From positions 433-64,432 of the forward strand of contig JAYYZX010000025.1 of assembly GCA_036339955.1 (NCBI GenBank): a stretch of DNA of 64,000 nt, read 5' to 3'. The notes beneath the pieces are model-generated. The model was not told where the DNA came from, searched no databases, and saw only the letters and a list, made by a program, of their open reading frames with translations. The position numbers and the translations under genes were made by a program. Every line of letters starts with the position of its first letter. Within the stretch, counting starts at the first letter, position 1. The DNA comes from Bacteroidota bacterium (lineage in GTDB: Bacteria; Bacteroidota; Bacteroidia; Flavobacteriales; BACL11). Positions 1-8,931 of this stretch are shown one piece after another.

Positions 1-3000
1 TGAACCATCATCTACTGTTGCTAGTGGATTGTAGTTAAGTGCTGTAGAATCTGTACAACCTAGAATATCTATTAAACAACTGCCATCATCACATGTTGCA
101 AGCGAATCATAATTCAATGCTGTAGAATCCATACATCCATAAACACAATATACACAAGAACTATCATCAACTGTAGCAACTGGATTATAATTTATTGCTA
201 AAGAGTCTGTACATCCCGAAATAGCTGTAACACATGGTGTGATATGTAAACCTATATTAGTCCAAGTATTCTGCGGATATACTTCCCACTGAGAATTTAA
301 AGAATCTGTACCAGCAGAATTCGTCCAGCTCGTATCGCCTTGAGTAACTGAACATTTTCTAACTAACGTATGGTCTTTGGTACCATTGCTTACTCCAGCA
401 ACAGACCAGCCAGAACCTGGATCTCCATTCCAATCTCCAAGCCAATCTAGAATCTGATAGTTTCCACTAACCGGATCCATTGGAGTGCCTGGATTACTTC
501 CATAAACCAGGGCATAACCATCATCTCCATTACTTAAATAAACATGAAACTCATCAGCTTCAGCTAGTATGGAAGGATCTGCTGATGGATGTGCTACAAT
601 GTATACATCTCCAGGAGCTACAACAGCGCCTGCATCAAAATCATTCCAGTACTCATATACTCCAGGCATACTCGGAGAATTTCCTACGCTTGGATATCCA
701 TATCCTGATAAATCTACTGTATCATTAGAAGCATTATATACTTCAAAATATTTATTATTTGAACTTCCCTCTGCATATTCAGAGAAAAATAAATTTGCTG
801 CTGGTAATCCTATATAGGTACATGAACCATCATCAACTATAGCAGCTGGATTATAATTAAGAGCCGTAGAATCTGTACATCCTGAAATCGGATATACACA
901 ACTTCCATCATCAACTGTAGCAGCTGGATTGTAATTAAGAGCTGTAGAGTCTGTACATCCATAAATTGCTACAGCACAAGGACCTTGAGTCCATGAAGTT
1001 ACTCCAGCACAAATTGCTAAACAGCTATTACTATAAGTCACTCCATCACAACCACATACAGGATCATAAATCATCGGACAAACACATATAGGATTAATTA
1101 GTGAAGAATCTATACAAAACTGACAACTACCATCATCAACTGTAGCAGCTGGATTATAATTAAAGGCAGTAGAATCTGTACATCCTAAAATAACTGTAAC
1201 ACATGGTGTAGTGTGTGAACCTATATTAGTCCAAGTATTCTGTGGAAGCACTTCCCATTCTGAATTTGTAGTATTAGTACCAGCTGATGCTGTCCAAGAA
1301 GTATTCCCTTGTGTAACTGAACATTTTCTAACTAAGGTATGGTCTTTGGTACCATTGCTTACTCCAGCAACAGACCAGCCAGAACCTGGATCTCCATTCC
1401 AATCTCCAAGCCAGTCCATAATCTGATAATTACCACTAACAGGATCCATTGGAGTACCTGGATTACTTCCATAAACCAGTGCATAACCATCATCACCATT
1501 ACTTAAATAAGTAAATGTCTCATCCGCATGCGCTAGAATAGAAAGATCTGCTGATGGATGTGCTACAATGTATACATCTCCAGGGGCCACAACAGCACCT
1601 GAGTTAAAATCATTCCAGTATTCATACACTCCAGGAGTGTTTGGAGAATTACCAACATTTGGATAAGCATAAGCAGATAAATCTACCGTATCATTAGAAG
1701 CATTGTATACCTCAAAATATTTGTTGTTTGAACTTCCTTCCCCATATTCAGAAAAATACAAATTTGCTGCGGGATAGATACATGAGCTATCATCTATAGT
1801 TGCTATAGAATTAAAATTAGAAGCTGAAGAATCTAAACAACCTGCATATACACATGAGCTATCATCACTATTTGCAGTAGAATTAAAATTAACTGCTAGT
1901 GGATCAGTACATCCAGGAACTAAATTTACCATGACGAAACCAGACCATGTTGTAGAACATCCATTACAATCTGTTACCGTACAAGCAATTGGCCCCATAG
2001 GAAGTCCAGAGACATCTTCTGTAGTATCCCCATTGCTCCATGCAAACGAATACATATTTGGAGGTAAACAAGGTGTACCTCCTGAAACAGTTAAATTAAC
2101 TGCTCCATCATTGATCAGTGGAGATGATGCATCTATAATTGCTCCGGTGATCAAAATACTATCTGGTTGATTTACTACTGCAGTAATTGTATCTGTACAT
2201 CCATATGTAGAACCACTAACTATACAGCTATAAACACCAGTACTTAACCCAAATGAAGAAGCAGTTGTATCTCCATTTGACCAATTGTAAGAATATGTTT
2301 CAGTATAATTTGTATCATTAGAAACTATAACAGAAATTGTACCATCAGAAGAGCCATAACACAACGTATTTGTTATAGAAGAAGAAAGTGAAAAATATGA
2401 GCACGGGGACAATTGAAAAATATTGATGTTATCTATTCTAACATAATCTGAATTAGAAGTGTAAGAAGGTCCTAATCTACAAGCAGATTCAAATGTTACA
2501 TCTACATTAGATTGTCCAGTATAAGCAGAAAGATCATAAATAAGATTTGTAGGTGAAGACACAACTCCAGTATTACCAACTAATGGAGTACCATTTGTAT
2601 GTGGTTTTGTATAGCTAGAATACCCTTGACTATCTAAAATTACATTACCATTAACCTTTACTCTAAACCAAGCATTTGGTGTGCTAGTATAATAACCTGT
2701 AATATCTAATAAATGATTTAAATGTATCGTCCCTGATGTAGTAGAGAAATCTAAACAAATATTAGCTGAAGCGACATGACTAGTATATGAAAATGCATCT
2801 AGCTCAGAGTAAGATGTGTTCCAACTACTATAACTACCTCCTGTAAATTCTAAACTCACCGTATCCGAGATAGCATTAGCTGTGGTTAAAGCAACAGCAG
2901 ATTGAGCTCCTGAGAGAACAGTCCATCCATTATTTGTTATATTATAACTTTCAAAATTTTCATAAAAATCAATTGCATTACAAGAAGCGTAAATACAAGA

Positions 3001-3738
3001 TGAACTATCATTAACATTACATGTAGCACAATAATTGATTGCTCCTGGATCTAAACATCCTGAATATAAACACGACCCATCATCATAAGTTGCTGTAGAA
3101 TCATAATTCAAAGCAAAAGGGTCTGTACATCCAGAATTTGGTGGCAAAGGACATACAGGGTACGGACACGAAGATCCATAAGTTGTAGTTGTTCCATCAG
3201 TACAATCTACTCCTCCAAATATCCAATTTCTACCAGAGAAGGTTACAGTTCCTGTAGAATCTTTATAAGCCCATGAATCTAAATATTCCCATGCTGTTGC
3301 TGTACCATTTTGATTAATATCTCCAAAAGTTTCTATTACATTACCATTATAAAACAACTCAATAGCATCATTTCCATTTTGTGAAATAGCACTCGTTGCA
3401 AGTAAGACATGTTCAAACTCTCCGTAGCAACTATCAAGATATGAACTCATGGCAGAAGGACTACGAGCTAACAAGATGTCATCTCCCGCAGAAACTGACA
3501 TGACAGAAAATGTATACTCTTGACCATCAGTTCCTCCCCCATTATTTGCTACTCCAATACCATATAAACTCAAATCAGAAATAGCATTATTAACTTTTAA
3601 ATGTATTGCCTTCCCATCATTACCTGCACTAGGAACAGTAAAATCTATAATTCCTTGTAATTCAAGAGATAGTACTTGTCCTAAGCAAATATTAAAAGAT
3701 AATAGTAAAGCAAATAAAGTAAAGTATTTTTTTTTCAT
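1..3738 (-). CDS. Giant secreted mosaic surface protein, N-terminal 1246 codons only (C-terminus lies beyond the window): three lamin-tail-like (LTD) segments, SprB/HYR-like Ig repeats, a Kazal-like module and many 26-aa two-Cys repeats
   Basis: The minus-strand frame is open from the ATG at 3738 to position 1 (3738 nt = 1246 codons). It is absent from the ORF track because its stop is outside the window. My translation starts MKKKYFTLFALLLSFNICLGQ (signal peptide). I checked the frame at both ends (around 3738 and around 800). Motifs seen: FSEYAEGSSNNKYFEVYNASNDTVDLS (LTD-like, two copies plus a divergent N-terminal copy), GCTDSTALNYNPAATVDDGSC repeats, and CPMIYDPVCGCDGVTYSNSC. Confidence 0.8.
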   Translation of the reverse strand, partial: MKKKYFTLFALLLSFNICLGQVLSLELQGIIDFTVPSAGNDGKAIHLKVNNAISDLSLYGIGVANNGGGTDGQEYTFSVMSVSAGDDILLARSPSAMSSYLDSCYGEFEHVLLATSAISQNGNDAIELFYNGNVIETFGDINQNGTATAWEYLDSWAYKDSTGTVTFSGRNWIFGGVDCTDGTTTTYGSSCPYPVCPLPPNSGCTDPFALNYDSTATYDDGSCLYSGCLDPGAINYCATCNVNDSSSCIYASCNAIDFYENFESYNITNNGWTVLSGAQSAVALTTANAISDTVSLEFTGGSYSSWNTSYSELDAFSYTSHVASANICLDFSTTSGTIHLNHLLDITGYYTSTPNAWFRVKVNGNVILDSQGYSSYTKPHTNGTPLVGNTGVVSSPTNLIYDLSAYTGQSNVDVTFESACRLGPSYTSNSDYVRIDNINIFQLSPCSYFSLSSSITNTLCYGSSDGTISVIVSNDTNYTETYSYNWSNGDTTASSFGLSTGVYSCIVSGSTYGCTDTITAVVNQPDSILITGAIIDASSPLINDGAVNLTVSGGTPCLPPNMYSFAWSNGDTTEDVSGLPMGPIACTVTDCNGCSTTWSGFVMVNLVPGCTDPLAVNFNSTANSDDSSCVYAGCLDSSASNFNSIATIDDSSCIYPAANLYFSEYGEGSSNNKYFEVYNASNDTVDLSAYAYPNVGNSPNTPGVYEYWNDFNSGAVVAPGDVYIVAHPSADLSILAHADETFTYLSNGDDGYALVYGSNPGTPMDPVSGNYQIMDWLGDWNGDPGSGWSVAGVSNGTKDHTLVRKCSVTQGNTSWTASAGTNTTNSEWEVLPQNTWTNIGSHTTPCVTVILGCTDSTAFNYNPAATVDDGSCQFCIDSSLINPICVCPMIYDPVCGCDGVTYSNSCLAICAGVTSWTQGPCAVAIYGCTDSTALNYNPAATVDDGSCVYPISGCTDSTALNYNPAAIVDDGSCTYIGLPAANLFFSEYAEGSSNNKYFEVYNASNDTVDLSGYGYPSVGNSPSMPGVYEYWNDFDAGAVVAPGDVYIVAHPSADPSILAEADEFHVYLSNGDDGYALVYGSNPGTPMDPVSGNYQILDWLGDWNGDPGSGWSVAGVSNGTKDHTLVRKCSVTQGDTSWTNSAGTDSLNSQWEVYPQNTWTNIGLHITPCVTAISGCTDSLAINYNPVATVDDSSCVYCVYGCMDSTALNYDSLATCDDGSCLIDILGCTDSTALNYNPLATVDDGS
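230..825 (-). repeat. LTD-like coding segment, copy 2 of an internal ~600-nt duplication (partner at 1195..1785)
   Basis: The two nucleotide stretches align line by line with scattered mismatches. This also explains the paired spurious plus-strand ORFs at 480..817 and 1211..1426. Confidence 0.8.
1195..1785 (-). repeat. LTD-like coding segment, copy 1 of the internal duplication (partner at 230..825)
   Basis: See the partner entry. Protein copies: ...FSEYGEGSSNNKYFEVYNASNDTVDLSAYAYPNVGNSPNTPGVYEYWNDFNSGAVVAPGDVYIVAHPSAD... versus ...FSEYAEGSSNNKYFEVYNASNDTVDLSGYGYPSVGNSPSMPGVYEYWNDFDAGAVVAPGDVYIVAHPSAD... Confidence 0.8.
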
Positions 3739-3804
3739 GTCTTTTTATTTTTTTCTATGAATTGAAACTGTAAATATGTTGTCAGCATAAAGATTACTAA
3801 TTTT

Positions 3805-6800
3805 TTATTGTAATATTAATTTCTTATTAACCACACCATTGTTAGTTATGATCTCTAAGAAGTATATTCCTTTTGAATAAGTTACTAAATCAACTGCTTT
3901 CGTGTATTCACCAACAAATTGTTGTAAGTCTTCAGTGTATACAACCTCTCCAACTACGTTGATTACTCTAACCTCTAGATCTTGTACATCCTCTGATGTG
4001 AAACTCACATTGAAAATGTCTCTAGATGGATTAGGGTAAATCTCTAAATTAGAAATTAACGATCCTCCCTCCTGTCTTATAGATCCAGGTTGTGTCCAAG
4101 TGATGAATGGAGTCCAGTTAGAGTTGTAAGCCGACATATTCGGATCACAAAATGCTCTACCTGTTGCCTTATAATTCTCACCTGGTGTCATACCAAATTT
4201 AACCTTACAAGTCGTTGGATAGTATACTCCAAATCCACCAACATTAATCCAAGAAGATCCTGATGTGTCTACTCTATACTTAATCCTTGCATAAAGGTAA
4301 GTACCTGTAGTATCCCAACAGAATGTTGCTCTAGTATTGTTATTCGGATTCGGTGTAACTGTTAAGTTAGTAATGTCTGGACAAATACCTTGAGTAGTGA
4401 ATGTCTGTGTTGCAGACCATCCTGTACCAAAGAGTGTTCCCCCACAGTACCATGCTTTCATTTTGTACTCATATGTTGTAGAATGAGTTAAATTAAGCAT
4501 TTGTTTAACAGTAGTATTTAATCCAAAGATACATAGACCAGAACCCTGCATAGTTTTTGATAGCCAAGCTGTAGCTCCTACCTCTCTATATCGTATACGA
4601 TATCTATCTACCATACATGTGCTACTGTTCATATTATTCCATCCAATTTTAGCACGTTCATTAATAATATCATATGCATATACTCCTGTTGGAATTGGCT
4701 CTACACATCCAGATAAGTAGACGCAACTTCCATTATTACAATTAGCCATTGAATTATAGTTGATTGCTGTTGAATCTGTACAGCCAGCAAGACCCCAGCA
4801 AGACCCATCATCACAAGTAGCTAATGCATTATAATTACAAGAGGTTGGACCTGTACATCCATAGACACAATAATCACAAGAACCATCCTCAAAACAAGCA
4901 TTTGGATTATAATTATTAGCTGTAGAGTCTGTACATCCTGCTATGTAACAACAAGAGCCATCATCTACATTTGCTCCAGGATAATAATTAATGGCCGTAG
5001 AATCTGTACAACCATAAATAACAGGTATGCAACTTCCATCATCACATGTTGCAAGCGAATCATAATTCAATGCTGTAGAATCCATACATCCATAAACACA
5101 ATACACGCACGAACTATCATCAAATATAGCGTTAGGATTATAATTTAGAGCTGTACTATCCATACATCCATATACAGGATAAATGCAACTACTATCATTA
5201 ACATTTGCAAGTGGATTATAATTTAGAGCTGTACTGTCCATACATCCATATACAGGATAAATGCAACTACTATCATTAATAGTTGCAAGTGGATTATAAT
5301 TTAGAGCTGTACTATCCATACATCCATATACAGGATAGATACAGCTTCCATCATCTATAAGAGCAGTTGGATTATAATTCAGAGCATTTGGATCCGTACA
5401 GCCAAAAAGAGTATACATACAACTTCCATCATCTACATTTGCACCAGGATAATAATTAATAGCAGTAGAATCTGTACATCCATATATAACAGGTATACAA
5501 CTACCGTCATCAATATTTGCTAATGGATTATAATTCAGAGCATTTGGATCCGTACATCCATATACTGCATAAATACAGCTTCCGTCATCAAAAGTAGCAC
5601 TTGAATCATAATTCATCGCGGTAGAGTCTGTACATCCAGGAATTTGATTAAAAATAGATAGATTAATATCATCCAAATCAATTCTCCACATATTAGCATT
5701 ACTCATAGCATGCCATCCAATATAATAAATTCCTGGTAAAGAAACATTAAATAGTATAGATGTTGAATCATAAATAACATTGGTCATATTATAAAGTTGC
5801 ATCAACTGTGTATTCATGTTTTGAGCATCTTGCTGTGTACCAAGATAAACTTCCATATCTTCAGAAAATAATGCACTTGCCACTCTATTCTTAAAACTTA
5901 ATAAATAAGTTTCTGAAGAGTCAAGAACAAAACATTGAGAAAATAACCAGTCGTCAGCCGATGTTATACCATTAGGATTATAATTATAAAGAGCTCCATA
6001 ACTATTGTTACTTCCATTAAACTGATTAATAGACCAAGAATGACCATCGTTATTAGCATCTTGAATATGCCAGCCACTAAAATCTTGATTTAGTTCAAAA
6101 CCCATAACATAAGCAGAGCTATAAAAATCATGAATCAAAGTACCTGAATCAATAACAATACTAAGTGTGTCAAAACACCCTTTGTTATCATATACAGTAA
6201 TATGGTAATTACCAGCCGATACGCCTATAAGGTCTTCTGTAATATCTCCAGTATTCCACTGGTATGTAAATGGTCCTAGCCCGCCAGTAGTGGTAACATC
6301 AATATTCGCATTACTGCCATTACAATTAGCATTTGTTGCGATTGCAGCAATAGATAAGTCACAGTCTGTCCATTGTACATCTAATAAATATTCTGCTGAA
6401 TCACTACAAGGTAAACAACTATATACTGATGGGAATACTACTAACCAATAAGTACCTGCAGATAATGACTGCTGCATTACAATAGTATCGCATTTCTGAG
6501 AGTATATAGAATCTATAACACTAGTATTGCTACATCCTGAACTTGCATCTAATAACATTACATTACAAGGAACCTCTGCAATAGAATGAAGTTGAAAATC
6601 ACTACTATCAGATAAAATGAACTCATACCAATCTGTATCTCTAGTATTATCTTGAGCCCAGAAAGTTCCGTGAATAACATTATTATTAGACAAAGTAGTG
6701 TATGTGTTAGATGGAGCTATAGTCGTATAATCTACATTCGCATTTCCATAACCACCTCCAGAAGTTGTAATAGAGAATGTACCTGCATTTGTAAATTGAG

Positions 6801-8931
6801 GCAATGTATAAGAACCTATGTAATCATCACTATTAAATCCTATTTGCTGAAATAATCCATCATCATCATCGTATACACTAAACTCATAACTATAGGTCTG
6901 ACCGTTAACATACGGAGAAGTAAGTAAATTTTGGGTTTGAATTTCCAAAGGAATCGATGTCGGTTGATTTGCATACATAGAAAAACTATTAGGATACCAT
7001 GTATCTAAATAATAGTCTGAATAATAAAAATAATTATTATTAAATGCCATGTAAACATATAAATCTGGATAAAACTCTGAAGCACCACCAGAAAAACAAG
7101 GAGGCCAATTACCGGCATAACCCCAAGAACAATCATCGGTAACGCTTTGAATTGTAAAGTTTGATATTTTCCAGTTATCATCACATCCTCTATTAGCATC
7201 CGTACCACAAGGTTCTCCTTCCAAGATAGCAGCTTGTGGTATTTGTATTTGACAATTAGGAGTGCAATAACCTATGCCACAAGTTTCTTCAGCATAATTA
7301 AATACCCCTCCATTAGATACTTGTACACCATCATAAGTAACAAAATAAGATCCATTCCCCCAGGAACAACATATACCATCTCCATAAGAATCTAAAATCG
7401 TGAAGCTATAACAATTAGTATCTGGAACACAAATAGACCATACTAATGTTGTGTTTGCATCATTTACTGTAAGGGGAACGTTTGTCCAGCCTCCACCATA
7501 TTGGTCAATCAAAAACCAAGATGTCTCTGTAGGATAGTCATCTGTATTAATAGTAATAGTTATTTCCACTTCATTAACAGGACAAGGAGATATTGGTATA
7601 CATAAACCAATGTTAGCTGTTGTCTCCGAGCTTCCAAAAGATGCTCCAGTTGCTACAGTATTACCACCGTAACTTACACTATAATAACCGCTACCCCAAA
7701 GACAACAAAGGCCATCTCCGTAAGTGTCATAAATAGTGAAATCATAACAATTAGTATCTGGAACACAAAGTGTCCATAGATAGGTAGTATTAGATTGTGT
7801 AAGTGCTCCTGGATTAATATACCAACCTGATCCATTTTGATCTACTAACTGCCAATAAGTTTCTGAAGGGAAATTATCTGTTGTGATACTAATTACTACT
7901 TCAATCTCATTAGCTAAGCAAGGATTTGAAGGAGAGCAACTCCCAATATTTGACGTCATCTCTGAACTTCCAAAAGAGCCTCCATTAGCTACAGTATTCC
8001 CAGAATAAGTTACAAAATAGGAGCCATTACCATAATTACAGCATATTCCATCACCATAAGTATCATAAATAGTAAAATCATAACAATTAGTGTCTGGGAC
8101 ACAAATACTCCATGTATATGTAGTATTTGTCAATGTCAAAGCTCCTGGATTGATAGCAAAACCTCCTCCGTTTTGATCTACTAATTGCCAAGATGTCTCT
8201 AAAGGATAATTATCTGTTGTAATGCTAATAATTATTTCTTTTTCATTACTTAAACAGGGATTTACAATAGAAGGAGTGTAAGAATAACATATATCATCCA
8301 CATAGAATCCATGACCTGCCAATGGATATAAATCCAAAGAAGCTACTTTGTTAACAGGGTTTGAAAATGTCCCTTGAGAAATACTATCAATAAAAACTTC
8401 CCAAGAATTAGCACTAAGATCAATTTCAATACTTAACTCAAACCATTGATTTGAAGGGTACGACGTGCTTAAATAAGTTGATATCCAAGAGCTACCTGCA
8501 TAACTACCAAAATTAATTACGCCGTTATCCATACCAACATCTAAAGCCCATGTAATACCAGGGGTGTTTTCAGCCTGAAAATTAAAATAAGCCCCACTGG
8601 TTACATAAAAATTTGCACTAAATTTAAAATCACCATTGACATAAGGAGTGCCTGAACCAAATGGTAATACTATATCTTCTGGCCCTCCAGAACTACCTAT
8701 ATTAGAAGATAAATAAATAGCATTTGATCCACTATTAGACAAACTGTTTGTAATTTGTACATCTTGACCTGCTGCTCCACTCCAAGTTGTCCAATTATTA
8801 GAACTTGCAGCTAAATAAGAACCATTAGCATATGATTCAAAATCATCACAAAAAGAAGTTTGGCTATAAACCGATACAGTACTAAAAACAATGTAACTCA
8901 TCAAAAAGAATTTAGATATAATCTTATTCAT
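3805..8931 (-). CDS. Giant T9SS-secreted modular surface protein (1708 aa)
   Basis: Signal peptide MNKIISKFFLMSYIVFSTVSVYSQ. The C-terminal ~85 aa (LEIYPNPSRDIFNVSF...KGIYFLEIITNNGVVNKKLILQ) fit the type-A T9SS sorting domain pattern. Internal modules: three ~113-aa six-Cys repeats, a DTDWYEF PPC-like segment, one SprB-type repeat (CNGSNANIDVTTTGGLGPFTYQWNTGD...), a MAM/choice-of-anchor-J-like segment, 12 copies of a 26-aa two-Cys repeat, and two FN3-like segments. Confidence 0.9.
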   Translation of the reverse strand: MNKIISKFFLMSYIVFSTVSVYSQTSFCDDFESYANGSYLAASSNNWTTWSGAAGQDVQITNSLSNSGSNAIYLSSNIGSSGGPEDIVLPFGSGTPYVNGDFKFSANFYVTSGAYFNFQAENTPGITWALDVGMDNGVINFGSYAGSSWISTYLSTSYPSNQWFELSIEIDLSANSWEVFIDSISQGTFSNPVNKVASLDLYPLAGHGFYVDDICYSYTPSIVNPCLSNEKEIIISITTDNYPLETSWQLVDQNGGGFAINPGALTLTNTTYTWSICVPDTNCYDFTIYDTYGDGICCNYGNGSYFVTYSGNTVANGGSFGSSEMTSNIGSCSPSNPCLANEIEVVISITTDNFPSETYWQLVDQNGSGWYINPGALTQSNTTYLWTLCVPDTNCYDFTIYDTYGDGLCCLWGSGYYSVSYGGNTVATGASFGSSETTANIGLCIPISPCPVNEVEITITINTDDYPTETSWFLIDQYGGGWTNVPLTVNDANTTLVWSICVPDTNCYSFTILDSYGDGICCSWGNGSYFVTYDGVQVSNGGVFNYAEETCGIGYCTPNCQIQIPQAAILEGEPCGTDANRGCDDNWKISNFTIQSVTDDCSWGYAGNWPPCFSGGASEFYPDLYVYMAFNNNYFYYSDYYLDTWYPNSFSMYANQPTSIPLEIQTQNLLTSPYVNGQTYSYEFSVYDDDDGLFQQIGFNSDDYIGSYTLPQFTNAGTFSITTSGGGYGNANVDYTTIAPSNTYTTLSNNNVIHGTFWAQDNTRDTDWYEFILSDSSDFQLHSIAEVPCNVMLLDASSGCSNTSVIDSIYSQKCDTIVMQQSLSAGTYWLVVFPSVYSCLPCSDSAEYLLDVQWTDCDLSIAAIATNANCNGSNANIDVTTTGGLGPFTYQWNTGDITEDLIGVSAGNYHITVYDNKGCFDTLSIVIDSGTLIHDFYSSAYVMGFELNQDFSGWHIQDANNDGHSWSINQFNGSNNSYGALYNYNPNGITSADDWLFSQCFVLDSSETYLLSFKNRVASALFSEDMEVYLGTQQDAQNMNTQLMQLYNMTNVIYDSTSILFNVSLPGIYYIGWHAMSNANMWRIDLDDINLSIFNQIPGCTDSTAMNYDSSATFDDGSCIYAVYGCTDPNALNYNPLANIDDGSCIPVIYGCTDSTAINYYPGANVDDGSCMYTLFGCTDPNALNYNPTALIDDGSCIYPVYGCMDSTALNYNPLATINDSSCIYPVYGCMDSTALNYNPLANVNDSSCIYPVYGCMDSTALNYNPNAIFDDSSCVYCVYGCMDSTALNYDSLATCDDGSCIPVIYGCTDSTAINYYPGANVDDGSCCYIAGCTDSTANNYNPNACFEDGSCDYCVYGCTGPTSCNYNALATCDDGSCWGLAGCTDSTAINYNSMANCNNGSCVYLSGCVEPIPTGVYAYDIINERAKIGWNNMNSSTCMVDRYRIRYREVGATAWLSKTMQGSGLCIFGLNTTVKQMLNLTHSTTYEYKMKAWYCGGTLFGTGWSATQTFTTQGICPDITNLTVTPNPNNNTRATFCWDTTGTYLYARIKYRVDTSGSSWINVGGFGVYYPTTCKVKFGMTPGENYKATGRAFCDPNMSAYNSNWTPFITWTQPGSIRQEGGSLISNLEIYPNPSRDIFNVSFTSEDVQDLEVRVINVVGEVVYTEDLQQFVGEYTKAVDLVTYSKGIYFLEIITNNGVVNKKLILQ
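4733..5637 (-). repeat. Coding tandem array: 12 copies of a 78-bp (26-aa) two-Cys unit, GC[TM]D[SP]xAxNYNxxAxxDDGSC + 5-aa linker
   Basis: Read directly from the translation of 3805..8931. Units 5133-5210 and 5211-5288 differ at 5 of 78 nt by my count. Confidence 0.85.
7264..8268 (-). repeat. Coding tandem array: three ~339-bp (113-aa) six-Cys units
   Basis: NPCL.NE.E..ISITTDN.P.ET.WQLVDQNG.G...CVPDTNCYDFTIYDTYGDG.CC..G.G.Y.V.Y.GNTVA.G.SFGSSE...NIG.C occurs three times in succession. Confidence 0.85.

Noticed and set aside
480-2170. Plus-strand ORFs 480..728, 569..817, 1211..1426 and 1931..2170
   Set aside because: They lie antisense to the continuous 1246-codon minus-strand frame (1..3738), which has clear domain content. 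The first pair and 1211..1426 are images of the same internal duplication. None has recognisable features.
4733-5637. The regular 78-bp repeats could look like a CRISPR array
   Set aside because: There are no unique spacers. The period is a multiple of three, and the whole array is in frame inside a 1708-aa ORF, encoding a conserved two-Cys peptide module.
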